In this document: positions 54,752 to 64,000 of the stretch, piece after piece
Layout: every line of letters starts with the position of its first letter
Numbering within the stretch: the stretch's first letter is position 1
Source: Daphnia carinata
Lineage: Eukaryota
Length of the DNA: 64,000 nucleotides
Reading direction: 5' to 3'
NCBI RefSeq assembly: GCF_022539665.2
Contig: NC_081331.1
Span: 12,276,001-12,340,000, forward strand
Notes under the pieces: generated by a model
Seen by the model: the letters and a program-made list of their open reading frames with translations, nothing else
Databases searched by the model: none
What the model was told of the DNA's origin: nothing
Made by a program: the position numbers and the translations under genes

Positions 54752-57700
54752 GTCTCTGGCGGATGATTGCTGGGCGAGATAGCGGTTTTTTTTATTTTTC
54801 ACTCCTTTCTTTTTTTATTTCAAATTGGTGAAAAGAATAATGGCAAACGATCAATCTTCACCGCGTTCAGTAGAGAAGGTCCAACCTGACAGCTGGTCGT
54901 CACAGCTAGTTCTATGGGATCAAAGAAAATTGTTGTATAAATTTCCATATTTTTTTATTCTCATAAAGAAGGAAACTGACTGATATTGAATACATGTAGA
55001 TAACAAGTAGATGGGGGAACACTTGACTCTTGAGTTTTATAAGAAAGGAACTACTTGAAATTGCTGGCAAGTGGATCTAGTGTCAACTGCTAACAAGGTG
55101 TACCAATACCGATATGCTGAAAACTATTGTGCTTGCCTTTGTTGTGTGGGTGTGAACAATGTTCGATGGCTCTATATCAATCCATGGGGTTCTTCTTTCG
55201 TGGAAATGTATTTTTTTTCCTCCCTTTTTATTTATCTCTCACTTACAAAATAACATCACAACACGAACACTTGATTCGCCACTTGTTCAATTTTTTTGGC
55301 CGTAAAACAATTGATGACAAGTTGAAAACTGGAAAATCTATTAGTGGGTGCACAAACACTTAAGCGAACAATGAATTTCAATGATCTAATTGAATGAGCT
55401 CCCTCTTTCGTGCGCGTGCGATAGACTTGACGTCTGGTGAACAACTGACAAGCGAAGCAGCCGACTGCGCGAATAAGTTCTGATGCACTATCGTTTCAAA
55501 CTCCCGCTGGGTGGCCCTCCCTCTTTTTGCTGCTGTCACCCTCCCAAGAAGGAATACTCAGAGAACGTATATGTAGGATATTCTTGTTTTATTCCAGCCC
55601 CTCTCCACCCACATCTCTTCCCAAAGCGCGTCCTATAGACTGTACATAGCAGCGGGAGAAGGTGGAGCCGCGGCGACTCCCGGCGGTCGCAGTGACGACT
55701 ACCGACGCGGCAGCCGATCGATTTTCGTTATTTGTTTTGGTTCTTTTTTTTTTATTTTCGTTCTCACATATTTTTTGTTTTTCAAGCGATAGAGATTTCC
55801 ATATAAAATGGGTGTTTCCTCGTGAAAAATGATTTCTAATTAAAGGTCTACCTAGGGCTAAGTTTAATGGGATTAGAATAGATTTTTTTTTTTTTTCGAA
55901 ATGATGAAATTCATCAATTGTAGTGGACGTTTCTTCACGGGGAGGAAAAATGAAAAAAAAAAAAAAAAAAAAAAAAAAACCATCAAAGTCGGGGGGACCT
56001 ACTGGGGAGGGACATTTTTTTTTCAAGTATTGATCAGTGAATCATTTGTTAAATGCAAAAAGGACATTCAAGGGCAACGATTTCATCAAAATAGATGTAC
56101 TGCAACAAGGCGTTTCCTTTTGCAATTCAGGTCTTCTTGGTCGTCGAACGGGGATGACAATCATAAAAGGTCAAGGGAAATTGGAACTGATTCAGCGAGG
56201 AAAATCAAATTTCAATTTTCCGTTAGACCATTATCTAATTATTACTTGCACATTGGCAAGAAATTGAAAGCTCCTACAACTTCGAAACACTAAGTCAATA
56301 CATGAGCCGTGTATCGATTAATCGCTTCCGGTTGGCTCCGACATTTGGAAGTTGGATGAGCATCAAGGACGCATAGAACGCAATGAGGGAATTGAAACAA
56401 ACAAAAAAAACGAGATTTATGCCGGCTTCCTTGTGAATTTTATATCATTATACGCATGTAGAGATTCAAAGAATCAAAAGCCATTACAACATCGATTCAC
56501 AGCGCAGGAGTAGTAAAAAATAACGAAGATGCTCCCATGAAATCATGTGTTAACGATCCATTAATTACAATGACACAAGTGGGGAAAGTTCTTGATAATA
56601 TATTGCGTCTACATATATAAGCAACAGTGTAAACGTAACACGTAAACGAACGTGGGGGAAAAAAGAATTGACCTTTTCACAAGTTGATATTAAAACTATA
56701 AAGCCAACGTAAAAAGATTGCGTTCCTGTGCGCCCCATAAAACTGCGCACATTGACTGTGAATTATTCGCTGAAAAAAAAGGAAAAACAAAAGGGGAAAC
56801 GATTCGCCAAAGATCCTTATATCTTTATGTTAACACAAAGAAATAGGAGGGCTTTCTGTATTGTTTAATTACCTCCCGGTATAGTCCCGACTGCCATTTA
56901 TCTTGCATAGCTACTGCAATACGGAATAGAACGCGGCTAGTCGCTATTTGCCAATTGATTTATAGCCCTCCGGGCCTTTCAGTTTGTTGCTGCTTTTGTA
57001 CCCTTCAATTAACTTTTAATACGAACAGATATGTGTAGCTGTTGGCACGTAGGATAACGCTGTATACAGATATCCAATGCATATCCAGGACACTGTTAGC
57101 GATTCATTAAGCATCCTTTTATAAATGGGCAAACTATTTTTACGTCCTTCTTTTACGTCATGCCAACTACTTATCTATTCACCTGCGATACATGAATAAG
57201 GGTGGGAATGAATGTCTATGCAACAATATTATTAGAGCCCTATTTTCGCCTTGTGCGCACACGCGGTGTGTAAGATCTATAGATGGATCACTTACCAATG
57301 GATAGACATCGAGAGTTCGTGTTTCCTTGTTCTATTAATACGAACCTATAAATTTCTACCGACATCAATGTTGAGACGCCGTATCGAATTCCGATTTCGT
57401 ACGTGCATCCCGTAGACACTTGGTGATCAGTGTAAAATGAACTTACGAAATGTAATCCAACCAAAGTCACGTCTTTCATTTTTAACGCTTTGTTACTTTT
57501 CATTACTCTTCATTACTTATCATTTCACATTAGTGGGAAAGCCAAACAGTAGATGGCATCATCAACTGGTTGCTGTTTTTTTTTAACGAAAGAGAAATGT
57601 TGAATCATTTTCATTATTTGAGCTATCAAGTATAACCTAAACCAGTCTGAAGTAAAAACTAAGCCCATCCCAGCTGTTGCCAGACAAAGAGTTCCTTTTA

Positions 57701-57838
57701 TGAGAAACTGTTCCGTATCATTCAGTAGCAGAAAAATTGGCAAATTTTTATTGGCAACAAAAGCGTGCAGATGTCCAAAGTATTTGCTGAAATCGAAAGT
57801 AACAAAAGCGGTAGCAGACGTGTTCACTACAGGAACAT

Positions 57839-58276
57839 TCAATGATAGTATCGATACGAATAGGAAACCAATGGCCGGCTGTAATAAGAATAAGGCCGGT
57901 AATAAGCATAACCACCGTGACCGTAATATCCGCGGTGGTATCCCCAACCGGAGTGGTGAGTTTCTTGTGTTTTCTGATCTACAACGTCAGTTTCCGCCGA
58001 TCTACGGCCGCGCCAGTGTCCGTAAGGAACGCGATAGTAGTCGTAAACGTTGTAACCGTAAGGGTAATAGTAATGATGGCCGTAATAGCGCCGTCCGTGC
58101 CACTCTTGGGCGTCCTGGTCGGAAACAGCTTCCGCCCGTTTCAATTCCACAACAGGAACTGCCAGAGCCAAAAGGAGAAGAACAAAAGAAACCTGGAAGA
58201 TCAAAGCACATTTAATTAGTATAATGATGAAGAAAGAACAAAAAACGCGAAAATTTTAACTCGCCGCGAATTTCAT
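57839..58276 (-). CDS. Secreted Tyr/Gly/His-rich peptide precursor, paralogue A (2 units); exons 58276-58265 and 58192-57839, GC-AG intron
   Basis: MKFA|VSFVLLLLALAVP signal peptide; DQDAQE-WHGRRYYGHH...GHWRGRR-SAETDVVDQKTQE-THHSGWGY...; TATA and Inr upstream. Confidence 0.85.
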
Positions 58277-58313
58277 CTTTTTTTCTGTTGAGCGAACAGT
58301 GGCAATCAACGAG

Positions 58314-58364
58314 TCAGCTGAGGAACTGATGAGAGTCGAGCCTTTTTCTTGAGCAATTTATACT
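58314..58364 (-). promoter_or_regulatory. TATA box + arthropod initiator of paralogue A
   Basis: Minus strand GTATAAATTGC...AAAAGGCTCGA...CATCAGTTCCTCAGCTGA. Confidence 0.75.
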
Positions 58365-59133
58365 CGATCGCTCAATGTCAAGTCGTCCTAAAGCAATACG
58401 AAACCAATACCGGTGATTTTCACACGATCGTCCTTGTAATTAAGTTTTATTGCTTCTTCGCGACACACGGTTATTGCTTCCTCTCGTGAACGGAATCGTG
58501 CAAAACAATTGAATAAGGTGGGGAAAAGCAGATTGCTCTGTTGGATACACGGCACGTACATCGAGACTTTCAATATCTAAATCTTAACAATCGCACTTGT
58601 CTGCATACTTTGCTTCACTGTAATGAAGTACTTTCATATTAGAGAAGTGTTGAAATTACGTAATCACGAAGCAGCAACATATTAAAGGTGAGGAAGATGA
58701 TGTGCTCTTTCAGCATTTTTCAAAAGGAGTGACTACAATCCCATAATATTTGTCCAAGGTTACAGGCAATTTAGCCTTTTGGAATATTTACAATGAATTT
58801 CTGTGTAAATTTAATATTAAAACATTCGACTATAAGGCAACACATTTTTTTGTGGGAGTCAAATATGTACTGAAGATCTTCAAGTAAATGGGTCACAGAT
58901 ACAATGAAAAGGTACATGCCAATAAACAATACGAAAAGAGAAGCAATGGCTCCGAGATAGAGGGTCGAAAAAAAAGTCCTGAGTCACGTGAAAAGTAGAT
59001 AAAAACACAAAGAAACGAAGGAAAAATATGCATTCTGAGTTAAAATAGTAATAATTAAAAAATCCCGCCACGTTCAAACGTCGAATGTCAGTTAACTTTC
59101 GAAACGAGTTCCATCACATCTACCCGAAAGCAC

Positions 59134-61091
59134 TCACGATCGTAACTCTAGAATGTCCAAACTTCCAAGTTGAAATACTTACGTTTTAAAATCAACATTT
59201 ATCCCACATACCTTGAATAGCATTCCTCATAATTTTGCGGGCTCCAAACGAAGTGATTCCCAGACTGATCAAATCTTCGTCGTTCATAGTAGTAAACATC
59301 GCCATGTCGATTTCGTTTTGAAAAAACAGATCTAAATTACATAGCAACAGGCAATATATTAAAGATACACCTCGAAACTTCTAATAATAATTCATACCCG
59401 AATAATGAGCCAAACCGACGGTCTCCAACAGATCAGACAGTCGACGAAATGAGTTCTGATCGAACCGTGAAGCTGTCAGAGAAGCTGGAACGCATGACTC
59501 TATCCATGCAACTACATGAAGGGATGCCAATTAATGTTACTTACTCTAAAAATGCAGATGACAATAAGCATTTGTTCACTTACGTGGTGACGATAACGAT
59601 GCAGAACCAACGCTTTCATCCGCGCTGGACAATGACGGTATTTCAACTACAATTCCACCGAACTGTTGGGACAAAGTATTTTGATGCGATGATGACAATT
59701 CCTTTAGCAACTTCTTCGAGGTTGGTACTATTAAACGAATAAATGACAAGATGAAGTAGAATTTCAATAAAGAAGGCAAACGAAATTTACGGAAATTTTT
59801 GCGGGTAAAATCAAGCGTTTTCCAGGTCTGTGGCAAACTCGGCACGACGGCCTGATTGGTCGGTAGGCCAAAACAGCGTCTTAAAATCTCAAATAAGTTA
59901 CCTAGAGAAAAGAATAGAAAATTAACTTATCGACTGAGGAAATTAAGAAAGACGTACGTGCATTCCATTCGTACGAAGTCAGTCGGATCGTCAAAATATC
60001 CATAACGGAAGGTTCTGCATGGAACAAAACATCGGCTTCTTCAGCTTCGGCCAGAAAGCAACGATTCATACGTTCGGAAGGAATTTGGACCATCAACTGC
60101 ATCGGCAAAAGTCCCTGCCCAATCGTTTGCAAAACGATACAATTCATTCTGTTTTTTAAAAATAGATTTTTCGTAAAATAACTTACGTTCAACATTGTAT
60201 TTGCAATGTAAACGGCATCCAACGAAGAACCCTTTATCCAGATGCAATATTTTTTGGGTAGCTCTTTCAAATGTGATACATCGGGACAACGTATCCCCGC
60301 ACCTGTTACATGTGCGATTTTGTCCACGTGATCACGAACAAGCCACACGTGATCAAACGATGTTTCAATCTTCATCATCATCGAGTCCTTATAAATGTAA
60401 ATTTGGATAAAACATTGCGATTGATCAGATTTTTCACTTCGTTCTTACCAAAGATGTTTGTGTTAAACAGCCGAACGACGTGACGGCTTCCTTAAGATGA
60501 TGGATGCGATACTGTTGACCACGGATGTTCACTTGACAATTGAGGCCATCAATCTTCGGATAAAAACGTAACAGGACTCCGTAGTTTTTGGAGAAATAAT
60601 CGATTAATTGGCCTTGACCTAACGATGAAATCTTTTCTGAGCTGCAATCGACAATGATCTCGACCGGAATATCCATCTGCATTTCAAACGAAAGGAAAAC
60701 GTTTAAGTAAAAAACCAAGGGCAGAATGAATGTGCGAATTTTTATACTCGAATACGTTGACGAGCTTTTTCAAGATTAGGTAATTGTCCCCGAATGACGA
60801 CGTTATTACATTTGGGTTCACCCGTTATGCGATTGCGATCCGGGAAATGAATTCGTGTTCCAGTTTCTTCCATCAAACGATTGATATTCTGTCCCGATCT
60901 GCCAATCAGATGCGAATGGAACGTGTAGCTCACCTCCATGGATAAAGTGGCCGAAAGAGTCTGAAAACATGCAAATGAAATTAAATATAAAATCAGATAA
61001 AGTTAAAATGGAATGAATTTTTCATTATTAATCGGGAAATGAGTACCAATGTGGCTGACGCAGTTCCTTGTTTGAGCGGCTGCTTCGCCAT
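59134..61091 (-). CDS. Shortened, divergent Bicaudal-C-like RNA-binding protein (KH / KH-like domains + C-terminal SAM)
   Basis: MEVSYTFHSHLIGRSGQNINRLMEETGTRIHFPDRNR (BicC KH2-like), GLLPMQL, SYEWNARNLFE, SAM domain LSDLLETVGLAHYSDLFFQNEIDMAMFTTMNDEDLISLGITSFGARKIM; ends ELRS*. In-frame ATG at 61091 in CAACATGG context. Confidence 0.85.
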
Positions 61092-62251
61092 GTTGCGTCC
61101 AGGCAAGAATTGGAGTGAATGAGGTCTGGTGAGGGAAGGTCAAGCCTGAAGAAAGGGGTCGGATTTCTAACCGACGTCCTCAAGGTCAAACGGGGTGAGT
61201 TTGATGGTCGCTGAACTTCGTTTATAACAACACCCCTCTTTCACAGGAGCTTCCCAGTTCCGTTGCCCACGGCTTTGGCTGTGACCTAACAAATCCCCGA
61301 AGACGTGCAAGAGTTAGCAGCTGGCGCACCCTTTCGGCCATCTCTGTCCAGAATCTTTAAGACAGCCGAGTTTCTATTTTAAACCCTCTTTTTCTTTCAC
61401 TTTAACCATTCTTGTTATAGGGAAGAGGACAAACCGACAGCGCTAAGGACATTACTGTCTATTTAACTCTTTGATCTTATTTATTTCTCGGCGTTTTGGT
61501 AATGTCATTACGCAGCTAAATGATCAACGGCTTCTGGTTTCGCGCAGACAGGTGACAGCCAAAGCCAACACGCAAATCAACACGATCGGTGTATGCCCAA
61601 ATGAAATGGACAGTCAATTATGTCGCACGCTATTCGACTAGAAATGGGCAGTGCGTCATGTATCGGGAAAATTGAATAAATATCGTGAAGCTTATAGTGG
61701 TGGTCAGCGGAGTGTGTCACTTCCAGGAACAGAACTTCTTCAACAGCTAAGAGTTGTCCTTCACGGACTATAGCTCGCCACCGCAACTTCATTAGCTCGC
61801 CAATTTGGCATAACACGCTTGGTGGTGCCTAAATGGCAATTTTTACGAGTTATTTTTGTGGCTGGATTGTGTTTGCATCTGTTGACAACGTACACTGTGT
61901 TCGAGGTGCGGTCAAAACAAATGGCTCAACAAATGACTGAGAAAATACAACTGACGCGGAAAAATAAGACAAGATTAGTGGGAAAATGCATACTATTTTT
62001 TTTGCTTTAATCATTTTGTTGATTTTCTGTTTAGTTTTTCCCAACAGTTTTCGAGTACTTTGCAGTAGCGGCTCGTACGATGTCATTTGATGGGAGTAGT
62101 ATACATCTTGTTTGGAGCACACTCTTTCAGGCGTGTGAAAATTTAATATTTTCTCATTTACGCAATTTGGAAACAAATAAAAATCCAAGACCTTTTATTA
62201 GCTATTTTACTGTTTTCTATCCAATTGCCCAGGATCGGCATTGAACGTTCA

Positions 62252-62302
62252 AGTATAAATAGCCGGATAAAAGGCGTCGATTAGCATCAGTTCCTCAACT
62301 GA
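62252..62302 (+). promoter_or_regulatory. TATA box + initiator of paralogue B
   Basis: GTATAAATAGC...AAAAGGCGTCGA...CATCAGTTCCTCAACTGA, aligning with the paralogue A promoter. Confidence 0.75.
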
Positions 62303-62336
62303 GTACCTCCTGCTAATATCTTTTACCCACTCGAAA

Positions 62337-62978
62337 ATGAATTTGATGGTAAGTTGACTCGCATTTGAGTTTTCACCACAACCCAAATTATCTTTGGTGA
62401 TTATGTCTTGCATTACTTTGTACGGATTGCAGATTTTCCTGGCATCTATCTTGGCCGTTGCCGTCGCCAACGGAGCAAATTCGATAAAGGACACCAACAT
62501 TCAAGTTTCACCTGATCAAGACGTCGCTGAATTCTACCGCCGAGGATTTTATGGCGGATATGGGGGCCACTGGCGCGGACGTCGATCAGCAGAGGAAGCG
62601 AAATCGGAATTAGAGGCTAGCGTTGAAAGTGGCAATGATCAAGAAGCCAGCGAATATTATGCCAATCGTTTTTATGGTAATTATGGCCACCCTTCATATT
62701 ACAGTCGATATGGAAGTTGGCGTGGTCGTCGTTCAACCGGAGAGGTAAAACCGGAAATAGAGCCCAACTTTGAAGTAGTTGCTGATCAGGAAGCCAATGA
62801 ATTTCGCCGTGGCTATTACGGAGGACACCACGGATATTGGCGTGGACGTAGGTCGGCTGATGAAAACGCTAATACCCTTCAAATCGAACCGGATCAAGAC
62901 ATGAACGAGAATGTCAGACGTGGCTATTACGGTCATTCTTACGGTAGATACGGATCCTGGTACGGTAGACATTGGTAG
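62337..62978 (+). CDS. Secreted Tyr/Gly/His/Arg-rich multi-peptide precursor, paralogue B (4 units); exons 62337-62348 and 62433-62978
   Basis: MNLM|IFLASILAVAVANGA signal peptide; four DQxxxE-peptide units, three ending in WRGRR-S. Confidence 0.9.
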
Positions 62979-64000
62979 ACTGTGTCGTTTTAAATAACTC
63001 CTTTCCATTACTATGTTTAAGCAAACATGTATTAGCAAGGTTCGCTCCTAATGTACGTCCCCGATAAACGATACCTGATTCACAACTGCATTTATGCCCC
63101 TTCTTTTGGTCTTAACTTCCCAATAAACAATGTTTTTTTCTCACTTGAATGTGCGTTACTCACTTGGAGAGGATAATAGAGATTTAAGGTCCAATACACA
63201 GAAAAGTTATCATGGAATACGATGTTTTGTGTTTTAGTCTTAAGTTCCTAACACCAACTTTGTAATAAGCCTGTCAAAGCCATGTGAGCCAGTTTCCCCA
63301 TAGCTCGTGATTGGCTTTTTATGTTCTGCAAATAGACCACTTCCTTACTAAGAACATATCCATTGGCCTGGTGGAAGTGTTCTGGTTTTGAATGGTATCA
63401 ATGAAGTACGCGGATATTGTCGTGGAGATTGGCGGACACCGGCATATGGCTATACGGTGTGTGATATAAACGTTTAAAAAGGCGATTGGCTTACTTATGA
63501 ATTTGTAAAAATATTTGAAGAAAAGCATACGCCAGGAAGCCGCAACTGATGAACGTAACTGACTCACCAAAGTTTTGTCGTTTCTTGGTGTTGGATCACT
63601 TCTGCGAGGCGTTGTCTGCGTTAAAATAATAATAATAATAATACAATAAATAAAGGGGCTCTCAATAATAAAATGATCTAATAATGGAATGGGTAATAAT
63701 AAAAATTCAACATAGAGTCAAATTGTATAGTATCACTCATAAATTAAACGTCATTTATAGATACAGCACATTGAAATCGGAATTGCGCTTCATAGCAGCC
63801 AATTAATTGGCTGCCCGCAACCCTGAAATTCATGTAATTAAAGCCAAGTAACATCACTATTTGCTTCTTATGTTTCACTAAACACTACAAAGAATAAACA
63901 TTTATAGTTGACCGCAAAAACCATTAAGCGAAACTCAGGGTCGAGCATTTTGAGATTACGATCTGCAATGGATTCGTTTTGAAACTAAACCTCTTTATAG

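Noticed and set aside
55953..55979. 27-nt poly(A) run as a retroposon tail
   Set aside because: No convincing target-site duplication or element body; homopolymer runs are frequent in this window.
57700..58219. Plus-strand 171-aa and 125-aa ORFs
   Set aside because: Antisense shadows of the Tyr-rich precursor; the minus-strand gene has the promoter, signal peptide and a paralogue.
58380..58700. NF-kB sites upstream of the peptide genes that would support immune induction
   Set aside because: Only partial GGGGAAAA matches; no good GGGRNWYYCC site seen by eye.
61819..62010. 63-aa ORF resembling a type II membrane protein N-terminus
   Set aside because: Non-ATG start and no supportable downstream exons or domain.
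1..64000. Prokaryotic systems (CRISPR arrays, operons, defence islands)
   Set aside because: The window is eukaryotic with spliceosomal introns; no repeat-spacer array was seen.

Overview
Gene-dense, AT-rich animal genomic DNA with many short (about 60-100 nt) GT-AG introns, most consistent with a Daphnia-like branchiopod crustacean (inference). Conserved genes reconstructed by manual splicing: an LC3C-like Atg8, dispatched, JKAMP, a divergent bestrophin, GHITM, tRNA-Glu(TTC), a CG9801-type PP2C-like gene, SNX7/30, DCAF15, EBP2, eIF4E-3, TMCO4, Di-Ras and a shortened Bicaudal-C-like gene. Two regions stand out. (1) At about 21-28 kb, an intronless membrane-anchor/coiled-coil/KH gene converges on a gene the ORF track does not reveal: a LINE-type AP endonuclease (EEP) domain split by four phase-0 spliceosomal introns, fused to a leucine-zipper-like coiled coil, with no reverse transcriptase. 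This is probably a domesticated retrotransposon endonuclease. (2) At about 57.8-63 kb, two paralogous secreted polyprotein genes are built from acidic spacer-DQxxxE-[Tyr/Gly/His/Arg-rich peptide]-WRGRR repeats. They share core promoter sequence and first-exon structure and are candidate precursors of an amidated antimicrobial or signalling peptide family. All gene calls come from motif recognition by eye; no searches were run.
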